A stretch of DNA of 64,000 bases from Staphylococcus phage vB_SauM-UFV_DC4. Below, piece after piece: positions 19,101-28,013 of the stretch. The notes under the pieces were generated by a model that made no database searches, was not told the origin of the DNA, and saw nothing but the letters and a program-made list of their open reading frames with translations. Positions within the stretch are counted from its first letter, which is position 1; the number at the start of each line of letters is the position of its first letter. The position numbers and the translations under genes are program-made. The DNA lies in sequence record MZ779063.1. One strand, given 5' to 3'.

Positions 19101-22100
19101 TATTTATATCTAAATTTTTTATTACCAACATTAGTTATTGTATCGCTACCAATAGACATACCTGGATCTACTACACTATCATATATTCTGAAAACATCTC
19201 CACGTTCCATTTGTAAGTCAAATGATATAGAAATTTCATCTCCGACTTTTACTTTATTCAATAACTCATCAATATAAATTCTCCATAAATATTGATAAGA
19301 TCCATTTGAATTATCTTCAAAGCCTTTATTCCAAGATAAACTGTTTTCTAATAAGTTTCTTGCACCAATCTGTATATTATTAATATTTTCATTAACTCTA
19401 TTTTCTACTGCAGTAACTTGTGATGTAATTTGATTTGGTAATTGTTGGATACTAGAAGTATTAGCAGCAATTTTACCATCCATCTCATCTTGTTTACTAA
19501 CAATACTAGTAATCTTATCAGTTTCTACTTTTAATTCACTGTATTGATTTGTAGTTTTAGTATCTAATGTCGTAATAGAAGAAGCGTTAAGTGTAATATC
19601 TTTCTCAGTTTGAGTTATACGAGTTTCATTTTTAGCAAATCTACTTCTATAATCTTCTGGCGATACGTCCCAAGAAGAAGCCACATTACCTTCTTCTAAT
19701 TGAATATGACCTACATAAGTATCCTTAGTTGTATTATCAGCAGTAAACTGAATTTTAAGGAAATTATTAGTTTTAGAATTGAATCTCAACTCATAACGAG
19801 TAGGAGTTGTTGTCAATGTCTTAGCAGATTCAGTCATAGTAATAAGATAATCTTTAGGAGAAACTTCAGTAGTTAAACTTGAAGCTTTCGTAATAGGTGT
19901 TTTAATTACTGGAGACGCAGCTGCTGAATAAGCATCATAGCTTAATACATAATTCGTATTAGGTTTAACTGCAACTATTTGAGACACTTCAGATAAATTT
20001 GTTCTAGTATTAGCATAAGTTATACTATTATTAACTTTTTTAGTAATGCTAGCTAAGAAAGGTAAATCAAATTTTTCAGTTCCAGCAAGCATGTTCTTAG
20101 TACCAATTTTAACTTTTCCCGATATAGCTTCAGTACTAGTCTCAGTTGTTACTCTTTGATCTATTCTACCAATTTCAGCAGTAATATTTGTATTTAAATT
20201 TGATACAGTTTCATTAACGCTAGTTTTAGTGGCATAATCTTTAGAAATATCTTGTTTAATAGAATCAGCTGTAGTAGTAATGCTAGCCTGTAAAGTTTGT
20301 TTAGTGTCATTAATAGCAGATTGTCTATCTGTAACTTCTTGAGTTATTTTATCATTAGCTACTTTTAATTCACCAGTTAAATCACTGATATTGCCTTCAT
20401 TTTTAGTAACTTTATCAGCAGTAATAGTATAGCTATCATTAAGTTGGGTTACTTTAGTTGACAAATCAGAATAATTTTCATCACTTCTATCTATTCTAGA
20501 AACTAATGATGTGATATTATCAGTGGCTACTTTTAAACTACCTTCTAAATTAGTGACATTTTCTTGAGTGACTTTTTGTTCTTCAGAAATAGCTTTAATT
20601 TCTCCAGCAACTGTTTCTAATCTAGATGATATATCTCTGACAACTTTATCATCTAAATCTTCTATTTTCTTAGATACTTCTTGACGAATCATATCTACTG
20701 TTTGACTGACTTCAGAGAAACCTTCGACTACCTGTTTACGATAATCATCCATTTCTTTTTTAGTCATCATAGTGGCTACTAATTCATTAGTGTCAATTAC
20801 AGTTTTCTTAACAGATTCTAATCCAGTGACATCGTACATTTCTAAATTAGTAACCCAGAATTTAGGTTCATCAGAACCATCTTCAAATTCTGTTACATCT
20901 GAATCTTCAGATTGGTTTACCTTAAAGTATAATGTCATATAGAAAGCACCGTATAAGAAACCATTAGTACCTCTAACATTTTCTTTAGTAATTAAACCTT
21001 GACGGTGATACCAACCATTAAATTCTTCAGGATCGTCATCTTCTTCTGTATTAGGAATATCTTCATCTTTAATTAAAGACCATTCAACATTACTATCAGT
21101 GAATGTTCCTGAAACTTTAGTTCCGGCAGGGAAACCTCCATCTTCAGAATCGTAATTAATTAAATCAAAAGGTCTATTTAAATAGATACAATTGTTTTCT
21201 CTATCAATAGCTCCAAAATCCCAACCGTTCATGAATACATTTCTAGAATAAGTTGATTCTCCATAATTATAACCATCATTACTCTTGAAATTCCAAATAA
21301 CTAATGAATGATTATCATTATAATCTACTAAATTAGGATTAATATTTTTATTAACTATTCCTGCATTTGATACATTATAATTATTAGTCATATTCTTAAT
21401 AGCTTCTTCTTCATCTACCGGAGTTGAATTAGTTTCAACTGGTTCTTCAGATTCAGACATAGGGAGATCAGGTTCTGTAGTTTTATCTTCTTCAGGAGTA
21501 TCATCTGCATATATTACACTATCTTCTTCTTCATCAGGTAATGCATTAGGATCATCTATAGAAAGAATATCATCTGCATCACTAGGTAATATAACTGATC
21601 CATCTCTATCGTAATCATAAACAGGAGTATCATCTTCTTCATCTAACGGTGCAGATTGGAATCTATAAGTGTCATCAAGACCATCAAGACTCTTGAAATA
21701 AATAACTTTATCCCCTTGTCTTAATTCTTGAGCTAATTCAATTACAGGTTTCTCACTACCCATTACATGTTGTGATTCTATTAATTGTCCGTCTTTATCA
21801 TAACTTAAATGACCTATAGAAGAAGGAAGAGAATTATTATTCTTCATAAACATAGAAAGTTTGTATGTTTTCTCTGGATTAATTGGTATTAATCTTTCAG
21901 AAGAAACAGTATTGTTAAATCCTTCCATTCTAAATGAAGCTGCAGATTGGAAAGCGTCTGAATTATCGTAATACATTCCAGGAAAGTTTGATTCATCTCC
22001 TTGATCTGCATTACCATTAAAAATTAAGTTATCTCCACGAGAATCCATATAGTAATTAAATTCTTGTTGTGATACTTCTAATTCTTGACCTAAATCTTCT

Positions 22101-24097
22101 CTAACACTATTAGCTTCAGCCATAGCTTTATCTATATCTTTAGATTTTTGATCTAATTCTTCTTGTTGTTTTTCTAACTCTGTTTTAGTATTCTCTAAGT
22201 TAACTTTAGATTCAGCAATTTCATCTTTAGTTTTTTGAATCTGTTCTTGGATAAGATCAAACATATCTTGTTTATCTATAGTACCATCTATTAAACCAGA
22301 TTCAGAGTTAAGAGGTAAACCTAATACGCTTGATAGATTTTCTTTTAATTGATTTAAATTTTCTTTTAATCCTCTATCGGAATCATTAAGGTCATTTTCA
22401 ATTCTGTTAACTTTAACTCTCATTAATTCTAAAGAAGTTTTTACTTCATTGATATCTTCAGTTACGTTGATATTTCCTGTCAATTTTTGAGTTTTACTGT
22501 CATAAGATAAACCTAAAACTCTTCCAATTTCAGAAAATACAGTATCTTTAATACCATGAGAATATTCATTTTGAAGTTTATTCATTTCTAAGTTAATAGC
22601 TTCATTAGATAATTCAATAATACGTTTAGTGCTATTGATTACAGAATAAAATCCTACAAAAGATTTATTAATATCTTTCATTAATGATTCATTCTGATCA
22701 GCTCTATTAAGCTTATTAACTTCAGATTTTATTTTATCGAAATTAGTATCAATTTCTTTAATTTTGTCTCTAACCTGAATCTTAATTGCATCTTCTTTAA
22801 GATAAGCAGAATCAAATATAGATTTCAATTGATTATTAACTTGATCTTTTTGAGATTTAATTAAATTAAAATCAGAAATAATGGCATCAAAGTTAAGTTC
22901 TTTATTTGATTGTAATACACTTAGACCATCTGTACCACTACCGTTATTAGTGCTAATATCATTAATATAATTTTTAAATGATTCTAATTGTTTATTAACT
23001 AAAGATTCAACCAATTTAACATTATTACTTTCAGAAGATGTATTATCTTTAATAAAGATGTTATCATTAGCGTATTTAGTATAATTCTCTAACATTTCAG
23101 GTTTATAAACTTCATTAGAATTTTTATACTTAGCAAAGAAGTTAAATTTCTCAATATTATAATCAAATAAACTTCTCTCTAATTTATATATTTGAAACCC
23201 TGCTGTTAATTCAGGTTTTATATTTTTATAATTGATGAATATTTGACTTGATATAAATTTATTATAATGACAATTAGTCCAATTTCTTAGAACTAAACCA
23301 GTCATTTTTAAATCTATAGCATTCAAAGAACTGTCATTAAGGTATTTAGAAGCAATCTCTTCCATTTCATCTCTAGTTTTTCCTTTAACTTCCATAGTGT
23401 CAAATATATAATTTTCATCTTTAATAAATCTAGCTTGGTTTAATGAATCTTTAACAGTAATAGATTCATTATTATCATTATACATAATTAAGCCAGTTTT
23501 AATATTTGATTTATCTACATTAAATTCAAAACCAGGAATTCTACCAGAAACTTCTTTAGGATTAGATTTTCTTAAATCTTTACCTTTATTAATTATTAAA
23601 GTTCTTTCATTTGTATTAATATCATACTTATGTCTAATAGATAAATCTTTTTCAAATAAAATATCTAATAATTTTTCAAATACAGATTTATTATTTTTAG
23701 ATAAAGTAATTTCTTCATCAACAACCAAATCATTATATTCAATATTATACCCTGTATTCAATAATAGAGTGCTTAATACTGATTTTAATTGTCCTTTTAA
23801 TTCTTCATTAGAATTCACAAAAGTATTATTTAAATCTTTTACATAAGAAGGAATTAATGAAGATTTTAAACCATCTTCTTCAATACAAACAAATTCAGAA
23901 TCATTCTTACTTTCATCTTTAATAATTATATGTGTATTTTCTGAAATGTAGTTTTTACTTTTGAATTCAATATTAATAATTTCAGTTTTCTTACTAAAAT
24001 CATATACTAATTTCTCACTAGAAATTACATTTTCAAAAGTTTCTGCAACTAATTTACCTTCAATTCTTTTACGTTCTTTATCTAGAATACTAATCAA
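16109..24097 (-). CDS. Giant tail fibre or adhesin (2662 aa). It has an N-terminal attachment region, a long coiled coil, a poly-acidic linker, four tandem lectin/jelly-roll-like modules each ending in W-x-P-x-PED, and C-terminal beta-rich domains.
   Basis: Uninterrupted 8 kb ORF. The four modules are GTKNML...SSWDVSPEDY, IGARNLL...TDWSPAPEDV, IGGRNLV...TDWTPAPEDI, and the cognate module in the 998-aa protein. Confidence 0.65.
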   Translation of the reverse strand: MISILDKERKRIEGKLVAETFENVISSEKLVYDFSKKTEIINIEFKSKNYISENTHIIIKDESKNDSEFVCIEEDGLKSSLIPSYVKDLNNTFVNSNEELKGQLKSVLSTLLLNTGYNIEYNDLVVDEEITLSKNNKSVFEKLLDILFEKDLSIRHKYDINTNERTLIINKGKDLRKSNPKEVSGRIPGFEFNVDKSNIKTGLIMYNDNNESITVKDSLNQARFIKDENYIFDTMEVKGKTRDEMEEIASKYLNDSSLNAIDLKMTGLVLRNWTNCHYNKFISSQIFINYKNIKPELTAGFQIYKLERSLFDYNIEKFNFFAKYKNSNEVYKPEMLENYTKYANDNIFIKDNTSSESNNVKLVESLVNKQLESFKNYINDISTNNGSGTDGLSVLQSNKELNFDAIISDFNLIKSQKDQVNNQLKSIFDSAYLKEDAIKIQVRDKIKEIDTNFDKIKSEVNKLNRADQNESLMKDINKSFVGFYSVINSTKRIIELSNEAINLEMNKLQNEYSHGIKDTVFSEIGRVLGLSYDSKTQKLTGNINVTEDINEVKTSLELMRVKVNRIENDLNDSDRGLKENLNQLKENLSSVLGLPLNSESGLIDGTIDKQDMFDLIQEQIQKTKDEIAESKVNLENTKTELEKQQEELDQKSKDIDKAMAEANSVREDLGQELEVSQQEFNYYMDSRGDNLIFNGNADQGDESNFPGMYYDNSDAFQSAASFRMEGFNNTVSSERLIPINPEKTYKLSMFMKNNNSLPSSIGHLSYDKDGQLIESQHVMGSEKPVIELAQELRQGDKVIYFKSLDGLDDTYRFQSAPLDEEDDTPVYDYDRDGSVILPSDADDILSIDDPNALPDEEEDSVIYADDTPEEDKTTEPDLPMSESEEPVETNSTPVDEEEAIKNMTNNYNVSNAGIVNKNINPNLVDYNDNHSLVIWNFKSNDGYNYGESTYSRNVFMNGWDFGAIDRENNCIYLNRPFDLINYDSEDGGFPAGTKVSGTFTDSNVEWSLIKDEDIPNTEEDDDPEEFNGWYHRQGLITKENVRGTNGFLYGAFYMTLYFKVNQSEDSDVTEFEDGSDEPKFWVTNLEMYDVTGLESVKKTVIDTNELVATMMTKKEMDDYRKQVVEGFSEVSQTVDMIRQEVSKKIEDLDDKVVRDISSRLETVAGEIKAISEEQKVTQENVTNLEGSLKVATDNITSLVSRIDRSDENYSDLSTKVTQLNDSYTITADKVTKNEGNISDLTGELKVANDKITQEVTDRQSAINDTKQTLQASITTTADSIKQDISKDYATKTSVNETVSNLNTNITAEIGRIDQRVTTETSTEAISGKVKIGTKNMLAGTEKFDLPFLASITKKVNNSITYANTRTNLSEVSQIVAVKPNTNYVLSYDAYSAAASPVIKTPITKASSLTTEVSPKDYLITMTESAKTLTTTPTRYELRFNSKTNNFLKIQFTADNTTKDTYVGHIQLEEGNVASSWDVSPEDYRSRFAKNETRITQTEKDITLNASSITTLDTKTTNQYSELKVETDKITSIVSKQDEMDGKIAANTSSIQQLPNQITSQVTAVENRVNENINNIQIGARNLLENSLSWNKGFEDNSNGSYQYLWRIYIDELLNKVKVGDEISISFDLQMERGDVFRIYDSVVDPGMSIGSDTITNVGNKKFRYKYTSKITKTSGTNTRWAIYAYNNNNGDKFSIENIKIEKGNKATDWSPAPEDVNSQINDIRIGGRNLVLDSKNNKYVNHTLYGKPYNLSLDWIVDETYTVTIKGNTNNKDHYFSAYIDDGYTNLCNLTYDSKKGLWIGTGVAKQSSRNLSKLLTIYDMPKDGNYLSTIEWIKLEKGNKSTDWTPAPEDIETSISTVSSKIDQKADSIELSVNKINNYLNADNALINSDLRNGWEGWKTNDDDTSNNLNFADKIDSPYWTYTFSGSTESNPTDTTTNYRDYLSIISNSNEGWKQWQTSNIDYKDADGSLKLSKIKPGTYTFSFDVRKSLETTKGSITVSLRVNKSSSSINPLSYTISAENDINDDWSTFQTTFNLTSSDLSGMTQLRLIIASVSPYSDGKFYFKNIRLDEGNYPKNPRFSIASEDDMTFNTDNNLALGSVYRVNNVSRGTYKRMTLPLNGYLKKNTKYKVAFDYNIQSGKNSEGLISLYPYRYPYKGSGYSTDLDTLPEISSVNRIDYPVSTTKRNVIEITTPNEDKINQLLFYAAKAGTTDNADITASFENITVIESKDSNDDTSFDINKVKDVFKYKHNNFGTTWPAVMSSYLPVGQEGQFSIGDEVTGSVYIYIPATARKFLTYKIYFEVATYENIQQTTNPKFGVVEIPASEFIFDKWVRYSFTAKIPRNSSNGRTNYLRFLLRYNNYDKTDAYNDGTVFYYALPKLEKGNQLKPWTPSALDKYSTSSLSSKITMNSESIKMISSSIDLNTDKVKIYNNKGNLSFTNDVLRISKSALDTDNFVEINSTGLNIRKNGVDQMVEGMFLSETNFMPTMPGVRTWNWVSGSAHATNEKNFRPIVLDDTRAGTYNIYRDIYKYGYDNAQLDESSGKDKATLNVFSYHHNRRYLKFVYRATVTEGNNLYITFSDGMGWKTNSDIKMHKEIGVTGSSKVDTSTRIATIDLGVPDNFNKYLLIQLSITGSTGSAQLGQISIVRMSLSNFESDVR

Positions 24098-24151
24098 ATT
24101 TAATTCACCATCCTTTCATTTAATTGATATTAATGTGTTCCATGTCAATAA

Positions 24152-24574
24152 TTAATAGTCTTCTAATTGTTCAGCTAGCGTATCAATAATAGCAGCTTTT
24201 TTCCCTGATAGTTGAGTTTCCATATTATCAATAATATTTAATAAAATAGATTTATCTCTAACAGTAATAACTGCTTTTTCTTCATCAATAGCTAATATAT
24301 CTTCTTTAGCATTTGGGAATTCACTTACATTAAGAATAATACTTTCTGGATCTTTAGGGTCTTTAACAATATTACCATTTTCATCTTTTTTAGAAAATTC
24401 GTCAACCATATCTTTTCTATCTTTAGCATATTCTTCATAAGATTCTTTAAGTTGATTAATGAATTTAGTTCTATGTCTAGATTTATTACCATTAAGTGGA
24501 ATATTGAATAACACATCATATACAGTTTGTAAATCTTCATTTTTAATTGTAACTTGTTCAATTGTTTCTACCAT
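24152..24574 (-). CDS. Hypothetical protein upstream of the giant fibre gene.
   Basis: ORF with an upstream RBS. Confidence 0.45.
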   Translation of the reverse strand: MVETIEQVTIKNEDLQTVYDVLFNIPLNGNKSRHRTKFINQLKESYEEYAKDRKDMVDEFSKKDENGNIVKDPKDPESIILNVSEFPNAKEDILAIDEEKAVITVRDKSILLNIIDNMETQLSGKKAAIIDTLAEQLEDY

Positions 24575-24691
24575 TTTTAGAAAACTCCTTTTAAATTGAT
24601 ATTTATAATATAAATTAAGTTATTATGGCATTTTAAAAAATTACTCAACATTTTATTTATTATGAAACTAATAGAAAGTGGGTAGAAATAT

Positions 24692-25954
24692 ATGCCTCAT
24701 TTAGGAAAAGAAAATGGTTATTCCATGTGTACTGCATCACCTTCATTATCTAGTGTTATATCAGGTGTACAATCATTCATGTGGACATATTTTAAATCAA
24801 TGTTCCCTAGTAATTTTTTTGCTTCAACTTATGTAAATACTTCTCTTAATTCAAATTCACTAAAAGATATGAAGGAACGTAAAAAAGGTTTTCCTCATTT
24901 ATCAATGAATACACAATTTGAATTGGGTGATGGTTTTATGTCAGGTTTACCTATGTGGCATAAGACTGATAGATTTGTAATGAAAAATCTTAAAAGAAAT
25001 TATAGATTGATATTTGAAGACGATACAAGAGGAATTAGAATATATACAGTTCCTCAAAGATATAAGATAGTATTTAATTACGGTATACTATTACAAACAG
25101 AAATGGGAGCTTGGAACGTTCTTAATCACATTAATCAAACGTTTGAAAATGGTGGATATAATTATGCTAATGAAATAAGAATACCAACAAAATTACCAGA
25201 AATATTTATTGTTAATATATGTAGAAAACTAGGTTTAGATATTAATAACAATAAAGATAGAATGCAATTAAATGATTATATGATGACAAATGGTTTAGGT
25301 CCAATTACTAATAAAAAAGATTTGTCTACTGGTAAAGAAAAGTATACTTATGATTATACTACTAATATATTATTAAATTATCCTGATTTAACTAATTATG
25401 AAAAAGAAGTAACTAATCTAATAAATAAATCAGCTTCAGTTAGATATGCGATATCTGCTGAATTATGGGTACCTGGTAGTTATATATTAGAAATTGAAGA
25501 TGATTTCAATATTCAAAGAGAAATTGATTCACTTTCAGATGATGTTTTACAATTCGACATTGCTATTTTACAAGATATGATTCCTAAGGAAAATGAAAGA
25601 GGAATGAAATTATTATTAGAAAGAAACTTTAATACTGAAATGAATGTTAAATTTGATTCAACTCAGATTGAAGAAATATTAGATAAAGATGTTATAAATT
25701 CAATTAAAGAACTTAATAAGATTAATGGGGACATTCAAAAAATCGTAGAATTCAAATTGTTTAAAAATAATAAACCTATGAGTAAAGATGAATATTTCGT
25801 TGATTATGATACATTTGAATTAATTGTAAAAGAACCTGAAGATAATAAGGTTCACACACTTGTAATGTATGCGGATACACGTAAGATTAATATGATAAAT
25901 GAATTAATAAATCAAGGAAGAAAAAAAGATTTATACAAAATGGACATATTTTAG
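24692..25954 (+). CDS. Hypothetical 420-aa protein. It is a lone + strand gene between minus-strand units.
   Basis: ORF with RBS gtgggtag; no recognisable motif. Confidence 0.45.
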   Translation: MPHLGKENGYSMCTASPSLSSVISGVQSFMWTYFKSMFPSNFFASTYVNTSLNSNSLKDMKERKKGFPHLSMNTQFELGDGFMSGLPMWHKTDRFVMKNLKRNYRLIFEDDTRGIRIYTVPQRYKIVFNYGILLQTEMGAWNVLNHINQTFENGGYNYANEIRIPTKLPEIFIVNICRKLGLDINNNKDRMQLNDYMMTNGLGPITNKKDLSTGKEKYTYDYTTNILLNYPDLTNYEKEVTNLINKSASVRYAISAELWVPGSYILEIEDDFNIQREIDSLSDDVLQFDIAILQDMIPKENERGMKLLLERNFNTEMNVKFDSTQIEEILDKDVINSIKELNKINGDIQKIVEFKLFKNNKPMSKDEYFVDYDTFELIVKEPEDNKVHTLVMYADTRKINMINELINQGRKKDLYKMDIF

Positions 25955-26013
25955 AAAAAAAAATCAAAATATTAGAGGTAACTATCAAATTAATGATAGT
26001 TACCTCAATTTTA

Positions 26014-26820
26014 TTATTTTACATTAGTTCTGTATTCAAGAATAGTTTTTACTAAAAGCATATTAGCATTTAATTCTTTAGAAGTTCCTTCAGCTTCTTC
26101 AGCTTTAAGTTTACCTACTTGTTCTAAAGACATCATTTCCATTGGATTAATATTTTTAGGAATTTTACCTGAATTAAGTTTAATAACTTCGCTAGCTTGC
26201 ATAGCTTTAATAGATTCATTTAAAAATTCATTAATGACTGAATCTGAAAAGCTTTTAATAACTTTGTTATCTTCTTTTTTAGTGATATCATTACCTTTAA
26301 TTAAGTCTGCTCTGTTATAATATACAAATAAATCAATATAAGTTACTAAGATTATATTGTATATTTCTTGGAAGTTTAAATTAGTGCCCATATTTTCATC
26401 AGTGTAATTCAACATTAATGCAAATACTCTTTCACTAATATTACTTTGTCCTTCTGGAAGAAATTCATCAAAACCTACACTTCTAGACATTGATAAGAAG
26501 TCCATAATATTTCTTGCAAAGTTTTCTTCACTGTTTAATTCATTTTCATCAGTAAAGAATTTAACAAAATCAGAATATGATAGACCAGTAATATCATCTG
26601 ATTTTCTTCTAATCATTTTCATACTATAAAAATCTCTAAATGTTTTACTATCTCCAGTTGAACCTAATTTATCTTCTAAGATTTCTAATTCTTTTCTGTT
26701 GGATTCTTCTTTCATTTCTTTCATTAATACATTTGAAACATCCTCGTTAATTCTTTCTAAATCATTGTTAAATAATTCAATTGCTTGGTTTAATTCTTCC
26801 ATTATCCATTTCATCTCCAT
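26014..26820 (-). CDS. Hypothetical protein.
   Basis: ORF only. Confidence 0.4.
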   Translation of the reverse strand: MEMKWIMEELNQAIELFNNDLERINEDVSNVLMKEMKEESNRKELEILEDKLGSTGDSKTFRDFYSMKMIRRKSDDITGLSYSDFVKFFTDENELNSEENFARNIMDFLSMSRSVGFDEFLPEGQSNISERVFALMLNYTDENMGTNLNFQEIYNIILVTYIDLFVYYNRADLIKGNDITKKEDNKVIKSFSDSVINEFLNESIKAMQASEVIKLNSGKIPKNINPMEMMSLEQVGKLKAEEAEGTSKELNANMLLVKTILEYRTNVK

Positions 26821-26901
26821 TTATAAAAATTATTTAAGATTATTTAATTACCATTAATCTCATTTATATAATATATATTTAAATAATGTTTATAATTTTA
26901 T

Positions 26902-27555
26902 TTATATATCTGAAGCTTCTAATAATTCATTATACTGTTCTATTTGATGATCTAACATGTAATCTTTATAATACGAAACAAATTCATTTACTTTACCAAA
27001 TATTGAAGATAATGGAATGATAATTTTACCTGCATGAGCTAATTGATGATTTGTTTTGGATAGTAATACTAAACCTACTTTATTATCGAAATGTAATTTC
27101 ATAACTCTTTCTGCTATATCTATTGATGTGAATTGTTCATCTTCCATTATAGCTCTATTAACTACTATTTCTACAATCTCATATAATGTAAAAGGAAAGT
27201 GATGATATTCCATTGTAACCATGTCTTCTGTTAAATTTGACATTGTTATATCATTTTTTAGATTGTATTCTTCTTTTAATATTGATAAATACTTTTTATA
27301 TTCATTTGATCTTCTTACTAATCCTTCTACATTCTTAATAAATTTCTTTAAACTATTTTCTGATTCTATTTCAAAGTATAAACTTGATATTTGAAATTTA
27401 CTTTTTTTATTTACTAATGTTGTATTATTATTTGAATCTTTCTTGATTAGTATATTATTAATTCTATTATTTTTATTTAATTTAACTTTACTACTTGAAA
27501 ATTTCTTATTATTAAATTTTATATCTACATTTTTATTACTACTCATTTTATTCAA
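26902..27555 (-). CDS. Hypothetical protein with an Asn/Lys-rich N-terminus.
   Basis: ORF with RBS aaggaattg on the minus strand. Confidence 0.4.
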   Translation of the reverse strand: MNKMSSNKNVDIKFNNKKFSSSKVKLNKNNRINNILIKKDSNNNTTLVNKKSKFQISSLYFEIESENSLKKFIKNVEGLVRRSNEYKKYLSILKEEYNLKNDITMSNLTEDMVTMEYHHFPFTLYEIVEIVVNRAIMEDEQFTSIDIAERVMKLHFDNKVGLVLLSKTNHQLAHAGKIIIPLSSIFGKVNEFVSYYKDYMLDHQIEQYNELLEASDI

Positions 27556-28013
27556 TTCCTTTTTATTAATTAAAAATTAATTAATTTATTATATTTATAT
27601 TCCTTATTTATTAAAAATTCTTTAATTAAAAATATATTTATTAAAAATTTATTAATAATATTTATATTAATTAAAATTTAATAATTAAAAATAAATAAAC
27701 TACCCCCTAAATCCCCCTTCTTGTAAAACAAATTCCAAACTATATATTAAATTATTAGCTCAGAAAATTAAAAATTTTTACTAAATAATATATCTGTTAC
27801 AAAATGTATTAATCTAATACAGATATATTAATTCTTTTTTATAAGTATAATTATATAATTATTTCAATCATTGGTATGTTTATTTTTGAATTGAATAGAG
27901 AACATATTAAGTTAATATAGATTTTTAAATTAAAAATATTATAGAAAATATACAGAGATATATAACAACCTTTTATTAAATATACAAAGAGAGCGAGGAT
28001 TAAATGAGATATA
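27556..28013. promoter_or_regulatory. A 458-bp AT-rich divergent intergenic region. It has about 6 copies of a TTAATTAAAAAT-like iteron, a CCCCCTAAATCCCCC island and a 10-bp inverted-repeat operator-like site (atatatctgt N21 acagatatat). It is a candidate divergent promoter or replication-origin region.
   Basis: Direct repeats were counted by eye at 27575-27695. The inverted repeat is at 27789-27829. Confidence 0.45.

Noticed and set aside
18941-19277. Two overlapping + strand ORFs inside the giant fibre gene
   Set aside because: They have no RBS, are nested in an 8 kb coding region and carry hydrophobic nonsense composition.
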